Under the pieces are notes generated by a model. The model was not told the origin of the DNA. It saw nothing but the letters and a program-made list of their open reading frames with translations, and did no database searches. A stretch of DNA of 64,000 nt, from positions 1 to 64,000 of the forward strand of contig JBHLOC010000003.1 in NCBI GenBank assembly GCA_048940925.1, read 5' to 3'. Shown here piece by piece: positions 20,423-30,302 of the stretch (its first letter is position 1; each line of letters starts with the position of its first letter). The position numbers were made by a program, and so were the translations under genes. The DNA is from Promethearchaeota archaeon. GTDB lineage: Archaea; Asgardarchaeota; Lokiarchaeia; Sigyniarchaeales; SOKP01.

Positions 20423-21565
20423 ATGCAAAAAGTAGGTATAGTTGGATATAATCAAGTAAAACTTTATTCAGATGCAAAGTATGGTCGTTATGAAATGATT
20501 TTTGAAGCAGTTAGAGGGGCGATAGATAATGCCGGGTTAAAGAAGAAAGATATAACTACTGTAATTTCCTGTACAAATGATTATTATGAAGGTCGAACGA
20601 TATCAAATTGCTTTACAGTTGAAGTTGGAGGAGGATATTTAACAGATGAGAGTAAAGTAGAAATGGATGGTGCTCATGCTGTTTTATATGGATTAATGAG
20701 AATATTATCAGGCAATCACAAATTAGCTGTTGTTTGGGGCGGAAGCATGGCTTCATGTTTTCCATATCATTCTGCACGTTTGTATGAGACAGATCCTACA
20801 TGGGAGCGTCCTCTTGCTTATGTAAATGACATAACATCCGCTGGGTTTCAAATGAGAGCATATATGGAGAAATTTGGAGTTACTACTGAAGATATTGCTA
20901 AAGTGGCAGTTAAAAACAGACAAAATGCTGCAAAAAATCCTTTAGCCTTAGAAGAAGCTCAAAATGCAAATATTACGGTTAAAGATGTTATAGAATCAGA
21001 AATATATGCTGATCCGGTTACTGAATTAATGGTTGCACAACCCTGTGATGGTGTAGCTGCATTGTTATTAGCTCCTGAAAAACAGGCTTTAAAAATTACA
21101 GATAATCCAGTTTGGATTACTGGAGTAGGATATAGCCAAGAAACTTACTATCTCGGTGATCGAAATCTGGCTGAAAGTAAATCTATGGAAATGGCAGGTA
21201 AAATGGCTTTCAATGCAGCGGGAATTAAAAATCAGAAAGAGGAAATCGATTTAGCAGAATTATTTGAAACAAATGCTCATGAGGAATTAATATTAACAGA
21301 AGCATTAGGACTTGCTGAGAAAGGAAAAGCTTCTGCTATTGCTTCAGGTATTGATGGGGAATTACCAATTAATCCTTCCGGGGGTGCTATAGGGGGTAAT
21401 CCTCCCTGTGCAACTGGATTAATAAGAATAATTGAAGCAACCAAACAACTTAAAGGAGAAGCAAACGGATATCAAGTTAAAGAAGCAAGGAAAGCTATAG
21501 CATCAGGTCAAATAGGGATGTGCGCTCAAAATAATATAGTATATATATTGGAGGGGACAAATTAA
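20423..21565 (+). CDS. Thiolase-family protein, Ltp4-like
   Basis: DYYEGR, ESKVEMDGAHA, NPSGG. Confidence 0.85.
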   Translation: MQKVGIVGYNQVKLYSDAKYGRYEMIFEAVRGAIDNAGLKKKDITTVISCTNDYYEGRTISNCFTVEVGGGYLTDESKVEMDGAHAVLYGLMRILSGNHKLAVVWGGSMASCFPYHSARLYETDPTWERPLAYVNDITSAGFQMRAYMEKFGVTTEDIAKVAVKNRQNAAKNPLALEEAQNANITVKDVIESEIYADPVTELMVAQPCDGVAALLLAPEKQALKITDNPVWITGVGYSQETYYLGDRNLAESKSMEMAGKMAFNAAGIKNQKEEIDLAELFETNAHEELILTEALGLAEKGKASAIASGIDGELPINPSGGAIGGNPPCATGLIRIIEATKQLKGEANGYQVKEARKAIASGQIGMCAQNNIVYILEGTN

Positions 21566-21566
21566 A

Positions 21567-22814
21567 ATGGGTCGTCAAGTCGCAATAGTTTCTGCTGGTT
21601 TTAGTGAACATGCCTCAAAACGCTCTGATGTTAGTATGCCAGAATTGGTAAGTGAAGCAATAGAAGATTGCTTAAAAAAAGTCCCAAGCGTAAGTTTAGA
21701 TGATATTGATGCTTATGTAAATGGGAATATGCCCGCTTTTGAAGGGGCAAATATTCCTGAATTATGGATGACGGATTGGATGGGTGCGCGAAACAAACCG
21801 CTAATGCGAGTTACTACAGGAGGTACAACAGGTGGAACAGTAGCAATAGCTGGGTATTATTCTGTTGCAGCAGGTTTACCAGGAATTGATACCGTTCTTG
21901 CTATTGGTTTTGAACAACAAAGTCAAGGTGATACCGCTACAGGATTAGCAAGTGTAGCATATGGTGAAATTACTGTGTATAATACTTTAGGAATTACTTA
22001 TGAGAGATTAACCCGGATTTTATCTGCAGGTGCAGCGATTGGTATAGCATCATATCAAGCAACTAATTATATGCATAAATCAAAAATAACAGAAGAAGAT
22101 TTAGCGAGAGTAGTTGTACAAAATAGACACAATGCAGCAAAAACATGGTGGGCTCACTTAAAAATGCCAAATCTTACAATCGAGGATGTGCTTGATACAC
22201 CATATATTTCGTATCCATTAAGATATGGGATGGTTTGTCCAGCTAGTGATGGTGCTTGTGCAGTTTTATTTACAACAGAAGAAAAAGCTAAAGAAATGGG
22301 CGATATCCCTGTTTATGTAAATGGGGTAGCTAGTGTTTCCCATGAAACAGCTGTACTCGGATATGATTGTACTGGTACAGGACAAATAGATCCTTCTGAA
22401 CAGTTAGGTGCTATGAAAACATCTGAATTAGCATATGGACAAGCAGGTATTTCATTCCCAAGAAAGGAAATTGATTATGCTGAGGTTTATTCACCTTTTC
22501 CTAATCAAGAGCTCATGTGGGTTGAAAAATTAGGTTTATTTGAAGAAACTACAGCTCCTCAGATGTATGAGAATGGAGTAACCTCCTTAAAAGGTGAATT
22601 ACCAATATGTTGCTCAGGAGGTGTCAATTCTACAAATGCTATTGGAGCATCTGCTTTAGAACGTCCTGCAGAAGCAGCCCTTCAAATAATGGGGAAAGCT
22701 AGCAATCAAGTTCCAAAAACTGTACATACAGCTATAGGTCATGGGTGGGGAGGAATACTTAATCTATGCACAATGTTAGTTATGTCAGATGAACCTCAAA
22801 GAAAATGGAGGTAA
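21567..22814 (+). CDS. Thiolase-family protein, Ltp3-like
   Basis: FEG, RVTTGGTTGG, CPASDGACA, AEVYSPF, SGG..NAIGAS. Confidence 0.85.
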   Translation: MGRQVAIVSAGFSEHASKRSDVSMPELVSEAIEDCLKKVPSVSLDDIDAYVNGNMPAFEGANIPELWMTDWMGARNKPLMRVTTGGTTGGTVAIAGYYSVAAGLPGIDTVLAIGFEQQSQGDTATGLASVAYGEITVYNTLGITYERLTRILSAGAAIGIASYQATNYMHKSKITEEDLARVVVQNRHNAAKTWWAHLKMPNLTIEDVLDTPYISYPLRYGMVCPASDGACAVLFTTEEKAKEMGDIPVYVNGVASVSHETAVLGYDCTGTGQIDPSEQLGAMKTSELAYGQAGISFPRKEIDYAEVYSPFPNQELMWVEKLGLFEETTAPQMYENGVTSLKGELPICCSGGVNSTNAIGASALERPAEAALQIMGKASNQVPKTVHTAIGHGWGGILNLCTMLVMSDEPQRKWR

Positions 22815-22820
22815 TTAAAA

Positions 22821-23351
22821 ATGTCAAAACGTACACAAAGAAAATCTTTAGACTATGTTAAAAAGGATTATGTGAGAACTAGAACAATGCCAGGTAGTTG
22901 GTATATATCTAATTATAAATTTAAATTTAATATCACTCACATGCAGCCTTTTATAGACAAGTTAAAAGAAAAAAAGTTAGTTGGACTGAAATGTTCAGGA
23001 TGTAATCGAGTATTTTTTCCACCTAGATACGTATGTGGACAGTGTATGATCAAACCTGATCAATGGGTTGATCTACGAGAAACTGGTGAAGTTTCTACTT
23101 TCGCAATAGCTTACCTAAAAGATCCAGATACATCTAAAGTTATAGAAAAACCAATGGTTTTAATCCGTCAAGATGGAGCTGATACAGCATATATGATAGA
23201 ATTAGCTCCTGATGTTGATGCAAAAGATACCTACATTGGAATGCCAGTGAAAGTTCATTGGGTGGATAATCCTACTGGAAATCTAAGTGATATTGAATAT
23301 TATGATTTAGTGGAAGATAACGCGAAAGATATAGCTCTACGTGAAGATTAA
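22821..23351 (+). CDS. DUF35 Zn-ribbon/OB-fold protein
   Basis: CSGC..FPPRYVCGQC, IGMPV. Confidence 0.88.
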   Translation: MSKRTQRKSLDYVKKDYVRTRTMPGSWYISNYKFKFNITHMQPFIDKLKEKKLVGLKCSGCNRVFFPPRYVCGQCMIKPDQWVDLRETGEVSTFAIAYLKDPDTSKVIEKPMVLIRQDGADTAYMIELAPDVDAKDTYIGMPVKVHWVDNPTGNLSDIEYYDLVEDNAKDIALRED

Positions 23352-23405
23352 AATTAACTAATTTTCTTTTTTTCTCTCAATAATTATGTTTTATAAGTCT
23401 AATGA

Positions 23406-24464
23406 TTAAGCAAATTTTGCTATAACTTTTCCTATAATCTCACTAGCTAATTTTATATCTCCTTCATCAATCCCATAATGAGTGACAAATCTAATCTTAT
23501 CTTTGCTAATATTAAACGCTAATACCCCTTCTTTTCCAAGTTCATTTAAAAGTTTTAATATAGGTACATTTTTCATAAGTTTCAGAACAATAATATTAGT
23601 ATCTGGCGTATTTACTTTAACAGGTAAATCAAAAGATTTAATGTAATCAGTAAGTAATTTGGCATGCTTATGATCCTCTTCAAGTCTTCTAATCCATTTT
23701 TGTTCAAGGGCTATTAATCCAAAAATGGCAATTATACCTGCTTGTCGCATACCTCCACCAAGCATTTTCCTGTATCGTCTAGCTTTTGAAATAAATTCTT
23801 TTGAACCCGCTATAATTGATCCTACAGGGCATGATAATCCTTTAGATAAACAAAACATGACACTATCTACATGTTTTGTAAATTCTGTTACTGAAATATT
23901 TAAAGCTACTGCTGCGTTGAATATTCTCGCTCCATCCATATGGAATTTTAAATTATTCTTTTCTGCAAAATTACTTATTTTCTGTAAATCATTAGGGTGT
24001 ATTATAACTCCTCCATGGTAATTATGCGTATTTTCTTGACTTATCAACGTTGTGGGCGGTTGGTGAATATCCTCTCGATCACGAATCATATTCTGAAGCT
24101 TATCTAAATTCGGAACACCTCTATCAGAAGAATATATGCAAATCATTAATCCACCTAATCTAGCAGTACTTCCAACTTCATGTCCATAGATATGACTTAA
24201 TTCTTCAACCATTATCTCATCTCCAGGATTAGTTTGGGATAATAAAGAAATAAGGTTACCTTGTGTTCCTGAAGTAACTAATAATGCTGCCTCTTTACCA
24301 ATTACTTTTGCTGCTTTCTCTTCCAATTGATTTACAGTCGGATCTTCTCCTTCAACATCATCTCCCAGTTTGGAATTATCTAACGATCTTAATGCTTCCC
24401 ACATTTCTGGTGATGGTTTGGTTACAGTATCAGAACGTAGATCGACAATTTTCAATTTTATCAA
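23406..24464 (-). CDS. ltaE: Low-specificity L-threonine aldolase
   Basis: DLRSDTVTKP, SGTQGN, ENTHN, HMDGARIFNA, CLSKGL, GGGMRQAG. Confidence 0.92.
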   Translation of the reverse strand: MIKLKIVDLRSDTVTKPSPEMWEALRSLDNSKLGDDVEGEDPTVNQLEEKAAKVIGKEAALLVTSGTQGNLISLLSQTNPGDEIMVEELSHIYGHEVGSTARLGGLMICIYSSDRGVPNLDKLQNMIRDREDIHQPPTTLISQENTHNYHGGVIIHPNDLQKISNFAEKNNLKFHMDGARIFNAAVALNISVTEFTKHVDSVMFCLSKGLSCPVGSIIAGSKEFISKARRYRKMLGGGMRQAGIIAIFGLIALEQKWIRRLEEDHKHAKLLTDYIKSFDLPVKVNTPDTNIIVLKLMKNVPILKLLNELGKEGVLAFNISKDKIRFVTHYGIDEGDIKLASEIIGKVIAKFA

Positions 24465-24557
24465 GATTTATTTAATAATTAATTAAATCTATATAATGCT
24501 TTATAGCACTAAAATTGCATGGTAAAAACAAAAAGAACTAGAGAATATTTTTTAGAG

Positions 24558-25409
24558 TTAAAACTTATGATAAACTTCGCTTATCTGTTTTCCTATAATA
24601 CTAATCTCATCTAAATTTGCTGTACCAAGTTCCTTTTCTTCTGCATATTTCAGATATTTTACTTTTTCGGGGCTAAATCCCATGATTGCACTCCCCACCC
24701 TATCAACAGCTACAGGATCTTCTCCAGCAATGATCAGATCCATTTGTATAGGTTTTCCTCCCAGCTCCCACCCATTTGAACCAATAATCCCATCAATGAT
24801 TTGGAATTTCATTTTGGATCTTAACACTGAAACTAAATCAGCGATCTTTTTATGAAGATTTGAATGCATAATACTTTTAGGTGAAATAGTTCCCATCATA
24901 TTTTTCATGCTCAATGTAGTTTTAGCCATGTTATGTGTTTTTAACGAGGGAACCGAAATAATACAACTCGCATCTATGGCTATTTTTGCAATATTGACTG
25001 TTTTTAGGGCGAAGGGATTAGATATTTTGATATTATTTATACTCTCATCGTTGTTTAAATTCATAATTTTAACTCCATATTCCTCTAACCGAAAAATTTC
25101 ATTTAACTTAAAGAACTTTTCTGATGTTCCAAAAGATCCTCCATCAGCGACAATTATTTTTTTGGGATCTATTTTGGCTTCTTTAATAAGATATAAAATG
25201 ATTCCTTCTAATGTATCTGTTGAGGTTACATTTCCAGTACTAAAATGATCTGAGGTTACCCAGTTAGGATTTATTAACAATTTTGTTTCTGAATTGGTAA
25301 TAAATTTCTTCAAAGAAATAATTTTAAGAGTTCTTAAAACAACATCTTGAGTAGTTTCATGTGATTCTCTTTTAATTACATAAACTTTTGTTTTCATCTT
25401 TACTATCAT
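24558..25409 (-). CDS. DUF362 family protein
   Basis: NPN, LKTH, TLSMKNMMG, DG, DPVAVD. Confidence 0.85.
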   Translation of the reverse strand: MIVKMKTKVYVIKRESHETTQDVVLRTLKIISLKKFITNSETKLLINPNWVTSDHFSTGNVTSTDTLEGIILYLIKEAKIDPKKIIVADGGSFGTSEKFFKLNEIFRLEEYGVKIMNLNNDESINNIKISNPFALKTVNIAKIAIDASCIISVPSLKTHNMAKTTLSMKNMMGTISPKSIMHSNLHKKIADLVSVLRSKMKFQIIDGIIGSNGWELGGKPIQMDLIIAGEDPVAVDRVGSAIMGFSPEKVKYLKYAEEKELGTANLDEISIIGKQISEVYHKF

Positions 25410-25515
25410 TCTTTCGAATAAAAGGGATAACCTGTTGAACTATAAAAAAGAATTAAAAAAATAAAAAATTATTTTTAAAAATTTTGTACTTCAAAATTTT
25501 AAACTTTTGTTTTTA

Positions 25516-26289
25516 TTATAAACCTGGAATTGCCGTCCGTTTGTGGATAATGTCCAGTCCTTTGGAAATAGTTGTTATCAACACTAGAAATATAAGAGCT
25601 ACAACTAGGTAAGTCATAAGCGAGAGAAATAGTTGTGAAACAATATAATGTGCTTTCGCAAATAGTTCTGTAACTCCAATTAAATATACAATAACAGTGT
25701 ATTTCGGAAGGTAAGCGGCTTCATTAGACCATGCTGGAATGACTCGACGCAGAGTTTGTGGTAATACAATATGGCGAATTCCAGCGATACGGGACATACC
25801 GAGCGATTGGGCTGCTAGTAATTGTCCAGCGCCAACAGATGACATGGCACCACGGAGATATTCAGCTTGATAGGCTGCGCTGTTAAGACCTAACGTGAGG
25901 ATGCCTATCAAAGTTCGGTGATTTAGGAGAATGATTGTAATATCCCTATCTAGAATCATAAAGCTGACAGGAAACTCCCACCTCCCAATAGGGATGAAGG
26001 GAAGATTTTGGGCTTCTAAGATAGCATTTATGCTGAAGGGAAGAAAATAGAAGAGGAACAATTGTGCAAGCAAAGGTGTACCACGTATAAGCTCGATATA
26101 CCCTGTAGCAATCCGTGAAAGAAACCCACCACCATATTGCCGTAGAATAGCAAGAGAAAGCCCTAAGAAAAAGCCTATTATAAGTGCCCACATATACAAC
26201 CACATCGTCATTAAGAAACCTGCCAAAAGTTGATCCCAGTATCCAAGTACGCTAAAAAATTCTGTTACTAGTGAACCTTGGAGTATCAT
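25516..26289 (-). CDS. Polar amino acid ABC transporter permease
   Basis: RGTPLLAQL, AYQAEYLRG, LPQ. Confidence 0.92.
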   Translation of the reverse strand: MILQGSLVTEFFSVLGYWDQLLAGFLMTMWLYMWALIIGFFLGLSLAILRQYGGGFLSRIATGYIELIRGTPLLAQLFLFYFLPFSINAILEAQNLPFIPIGRWEFPVSFMILDRDITIILLNHRTLIGILTLGLNSAAYQAEYLRGAMSSVGAGQLLAAQSLGMSRIAGIRHIVLPQTLRRVIPAWSNEAAYLPKYTVIVYLIGVTELFAKAHYIVSQLFLSLMTYLVVALIFLVLITTISKGLDIIHKRTAIPGL

Positions 26290-27077
26290 TTACTTTTTTC
26301 CTCTTTTGGGTACTTTAGAAGTTCTTCATGACGACCATACAAAACATCAATTTGTTTGAGAAAGTGCTTAACTCGTTCAGATTTAGGTGATACCAATAAA
26401 TCTTTGGGCGATCCGTGTTCTATGATGACTCCTTTATCAAGGAAGATCATTTCTGATGCTACAGCACTTGCGAATCCCATTTCATGGGTAACAACCACCA
26501 TTGTCGTGCCTGCTTTAGCAATTTCTAACATCACTTGAAGCACTTCGCCGATCAATTCTGGATCCAAAGCAGATGTGGGTTCGTCAAATAAGATTATGTC
26601 AGGTTCCATGGCTAAAGCACGTGCAATGCCAACACGTTGTTGTTGGCCACCAGATAATTGTGCTGGATAATGGTCTGCCCATTCCGCCATTCTAACACGC
26701 TCTAATGCTCTAATTGCCATTGTGCGGGACTGTTCTTTACTCAATCCTTTGACCCGGCGAAGACCGATGCTAACATTATCTATTGCTTTGAGGTGAGCAA
26801 ATAAATTAAAATGCTGGAATACCATACCGATCCTCGCTCTAATTTCATTAAGATTGACTCCAGATTCCATTAGATTCTGTCCGGAGAGATAAACCTTCCC
26901 CTTATCTGGTGGATCCAACATATTGATGCAACGAAGAAGTGTACTCTTGCCAGCTCCACTTGGTCCAAAAATTACCTTGACCTCTTGCTGAGCTAACTCG
27001 AATGAAATTCCTTTAAGTACCTGAAAATCCTCGAATGATTTCCACATATCTACTATACGTAACACAGGTTCACCCAT
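26286..27077 (-). CDS. Polar amino acid ABC transporter ATPase (GlnQ-like)
   Basis: GPSGAGKST, LSGGQQQR, FDEPTSALDPE, VTHEM. Confidence 0.95.
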   Translation of the reverse strand: MGEPVLRIVDMWKSFEDFQVLKGISFELAQQEVKVIFGPSGAGKSTLLRCINMLDPPDKGKVYLSGQNLMESGVNLNEIRARIGMVFQHFNLFAHLKAIDNVSIGLRRVKGLSKEQSRTMAIRALERVRMAEWADHYPAQLSGGQQQRVGIARALAMEPDIILFDEPTSALDPELIGEVLQVMLEIAKAGTTMVVVTHEMGFASAVASEMIFLDKGVIIEHGSPKDLLVSPKSERVKHFLKQIDVLYGRHEELLKYPKEEKSK

Positions 27078-27079
27078 AA

Positions 27080-27766
27080 TTAACCACTTCCCATTCCCAA
27101 TTCTTCAAGTTTTTTGGTTTGACGTTCACCAAATATTCTTGTCACTGGGTATGTAAAGATAAAGTATAAAATAGTAACAATAGCCATTGATATGCCCAAA
27201 AGCTCTGGATAATTTACAGACACATAATAGGCTGCTCTTGTCATTTCTATAATTCCAACAGCGTAGGCAAAAGACGAATCTTTGATAACTACTGCGTACT
27301 CATTAGACCAACTGGGTACTGCCAACCGAAAGGCTTGAGGCATTACAACATGTCTGAAAGCTCGGAACCGGTTCATCCCTAACGCACGAGCAGCTTCCAT
27401 TTGTCCTGGATCCACTGATAAAATAGCTCCACGAAAAATTTGAGATTGATATGCACCACTCCGAAGAGCTAACGCCAAAATTACACCACCAAGTGGTCTA
27501 TCAAGTGGATCCAAATACCAAAACAATCCTGGCGTTCCAAAAGCGAATATATAGATCAGAACTAGAAGTGGAATACTTCGGAACACCTTCTCATAACCGC
27601 TTGCTAACCACCCAAGTTCTTTACTGCCATAAACGCGCATGAGGGCCAGTGACACCCCCAAAATAAAACCCGAAAATAGACCAAGGGCTGTAAGTAACAA
27701 TGTTTGAGGTAATCCAGTTACAATAATAAAAAAAAAAATTTCGAGAAGGTCTGGAATTTTACTCAA
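27080..27766 (-). CDS. Polar amino acid ABC transporter permease
   Basis: RSIPLLV, GQMEAARALG, IKDSS. Confidence 0.92.
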   Translation of the reverse strand: MSKIPDLLEIFFFIIVTGLPQTLLLTALGLFSGFILGVSLALMRVYGSKELGWLASGYEKVFRSIPLLVLIYIFAFGTPGLFWYLDPLDRPLGGVILALALRSGAYQSQIFRGAILSVDPGQMEAARALGMNRFRAFRHVVMPQAFRLAVPSWSNEYAVVIKDSSFAYAVGIIEMTRAAYYVSVNYPELLGISMAIVTILYFIFTYPVTRIFGERQTKKLEELGMGSG

Positions 27767-28566
27767 CCCGTTGCATTAAACCAAGTTAACCAAATAGCAT
27801 ACATCCTTCCGTCTAGAGAAGCTGCTTGGAGGACTTCGTTAATTACATACAGTAGATCGGGTGTCGTTTTTCGACACCATAGTGACAAGGGATCGGGCTC
27901 TGAAGTGTAGATTATTTTGATAGTATATAAAAATTTAAAATGTTCATAGATTGGGCCGTCTACATATACTGCATCAATAGCTCCATTATCTAAGTCGAGC
28001 ATAAGTGTGTCAACTCTTTCATATGTTATAGGAGTTATACCAGCATCTTTCAACTCATCCTCCATTGTTGTGCCTCCTTGGCAACCAACTTTATAATCCT
28101 TAAGATCCTCTAAACTTTCGATCGTCAGGTCAGAATCATTTTTGACAATGACAACTTTCACCACAGTAATGTAGGTTATAGAGGGTGCAAGTTGGCTTGC
28201 ACGTTTTATTCCTGTGTCTGATGACGGATCGTAAGTCATTGCGGCTGCAATCATGTCAATTGTGCCTGCTTTACATGCACCAATCAAAGAATCAAAGGGT
28301 ATATCTTTCATGACAAGGTCAACACCAAGTTCATCAGCAATCAATTGTGAAACATCAATGTCGAAACCTACAATCTTACCTCCCACAACATTCTCGAAGG
28401 GAGGATAATCAGCACTAGTTCCAACAATAATAGATTCTCTGTTCTTAATCTTTGTGACTAGTGATTTTTCAGGTGCAGGAGTAAATAATCCGGGTATAAA
28501 AAATCCGATTACAAAACCTACCCCTAAGCAAACTATCATTCCTACTATTGCTATTTCTTTTTTCAT
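27763..28566 (-). CDS. Amino acid ABC transporter substrate-binding protein (family 3)
   Basis: N-terminal TM anchor, GTSADYPPFE, GFDID. Confidence 0.92.
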   Translation of the reverse strand: MKKEIAIVGMIVCLGVGFVIGFFIPGLFTPAPEKSLVTKIKNRESIIVGTSADYPPFENVVGGKIVGFDIDVSQLIADELGVDLVMKDIPFDSLIGACKAGTIDMIAAAMTYDPSSDTGIKRASQLAPSITYITVVKVVIVKNDSDLTIESLEDLKDYKVGCQGGTTMEDELKDAGITPITYERVDTLMLDLDNGAIDAVYVDGPIYEHFKFLYTIKIIYTSEPDPLSLWCRKTTPDLLYVINEVLQAASLDGRMYAIWLTWFNATG

Positions 28567-28779
28567 TTATTAAAAACCTCTTAATTTTAATTTTAAATAA
28601 ATTCTATATTTCCTTTTTTTTGAATGATTTCTGATGGGATTATATTTCATTAGTTTATATATAAAACTTTCTATTCTTGAGTTGAAAAAACGATCTATCA
28701 TTAATTTTAAATTTCATATTACTCGAAAAGATATATATACCTATTTCTACTCATGACATAAGTTATATCCGCTAACTTC

Positions 28780-29361
28780 TTAAAATGAATGAGTTGCGAA
28801 AAATTCATATAAGACATCTTCTTCTAAATTTAAAAGTAGATTAGGAGTGATTTCCTTAAATTTTATCTCTTCTGTATTTTTGATTAAAATCTCTTCATTT
28901 ACTAGTCCTGTATTGTACCAATGCTTTATTAATCCTATTCTTTTTATTTTTGCCACGTTAAGAATAGTATGCAAAAAATTCCTCCATTTATCTATTTCTT
29001 GATGAATCTCTATAGGTGTTTTTTTAAGAGCAGTTTTATGTTGTTTAGAGTTAATTTTATTCATTATCCAATTATGTATCTGTTCTTCTGACCACTTTTT
29101 TTTTTTAAGCGTCCTAATTTTTTTTGATTTAAGTAATTTCTTATATTCTTGAGAAAGGTTTTGAGATCCCAAAACAGTATCACAATCGCAATAACTTTTT
29201 GTTGCTCTAAGATACATTTCATTTGGTCTCAATTGAGGTTTTACATTACTATTGTTAATTGGAGAAAAATCCATATTAAATTTATCAAAATATGATTTTA
29301 ATTCTTCTAAATTCACATCATTTGGTAAGGTTGCAGTAATGTAATAACACATTTTAATCAC
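28780..29361 (-). CDS. Hypothetical protein
   Basis: 193-aa ORF with MC and CDC; likely start at internal ATG (MCYY). Confidence 0.65.
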   Translation of the reverse strand: MIKMCYYITATLPNDVNLEELKSYFDKFNMDFSPINNSNVKPQLRPNEMYLRATKSYCDCDTVLGSQNLSQEYKKLLKSKKIRTLKKKKWSEEQIHNWIMNKINSKQHKTALKKTPIEIHQEIDKWRNFLHTILNVAKIKRIGLIKHWYNTGLVNEEILIKNTEEIKFKEITPNLLLNLEEDVLYEFFATHSF

Positions 29362-29433
29362 AATCCAAACGTAGGGATTTGAATTTTCTGAAAATAGTAA
29401 TATTATATAAAAATATAGAATTAATTAATAATC

Positions 29434-29805
29434 TTATTTAGTTTTTAAAACAAGGGTTATAGCTCTTGTAAGTCGGATAATATCCATAACTTTACCTTTG
29501 TCTACAGTTATTTGTTCTCTGCTTATTGCGTGCGTAAAATCCCCCTTTCCTTCGCAAATTCTTACGAGAGCAAGGTTTTCACCAGAAATTACAATCTCAG
29601 CTGAAGATAAGATTCCTTGAGTGATTATTGTTTTCTGATCTTTTATCTTTAAATAAAATGGATCTTCATTGTCTAAATTAAATTGGAATGTCATCTCCCA
29701 ATTGACTGGTTTGCCGCCTATATCTGTTACAAATACTTGTTGAGCCTTAGGAAGTGTATTCATTTTGTCAATAATTCTAGTTAAATTTTCATAAGCTACT
29801 CCCAA
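29434..29805 (-). CDS. SCP2 sterol-carrier-like domain protein
   Basis: FQF.L, final gene of thiolase-DUF35 operon; size and pattern fit SCP2. Confidence 0.7.
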   Translation of the reverse strand: MGVAYENLTRIIDKMNTLPKAQQVFVTDIGGKPVNWEMTFQFNLDNEDPFYLKIKDQKTIITQGILSSAEIVISGENLALVRICEGKGDFTHAISREQITVDKGKVMDIIRLTRAITLVLKTK

Positions 29806-29807
29806 TT

Positions 29808-30302
29808 TTATTCTCCTCCCTCATATTCAGATTTTTTTATCCAATTTTCATATTCATCTTCAGGAACAAAGAAAAAATCAGTCATTTTGCCTCTCCTTTC
29901 TTTTTGAAACACAGCTCTCACTTTTTTTCCTTTCTTAATCTTTGAGGGCACTAAATTCTCCGAAAAAATTCCCTGCAATATAGCAGTATCAGCTCCTTCT
30001 AATTTAATATATCCTACTGCATATGGAATGTTTTTAATAAAAGCAGATGTTGTAAACCAAACTATAGTACTAACTTCAATAGTTCCAGTCTGTTTCACTT
30101 CAATCCATTCAGCAGGAGCATAACAATCAGAGCAGTTAATTCTGGGGGGCATCCATACTTTTCCACATTTAGAACATTTAGTCCCCAATAGTGTTGTATT
30201 GTTCATTAGTTCCATGAAAAACTTGGACTGCCCTCCCATGGTATATTTATAATTAATTCTAATAATATCTCTTATTTCATGGACTTGAAACTCTTCTGTC
30301 AT
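29808..30302 (-). CDS. DUF35 Zn-ribbon/OB-fold protein
   Basis: CSKC..MPPRINCSDC; overlaps thiolase stop (ATGA). Confidence 0.88.
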   Translation of the reverse strand: MTEEFQVHEIRDIIRINYKYTMGGQSKFFMELMNNTTLLGTKCSKCGKVWMPPRINCSDCYAPAEWIEVKQTGTIEVSTIVWFTTSAFIKNIPYAVGYIKLEGADTAILQGIFSENLVPSKIKKGKKVRAVFQKERRGKMTDFFFVPEDEYENWIKKSEYEGGE

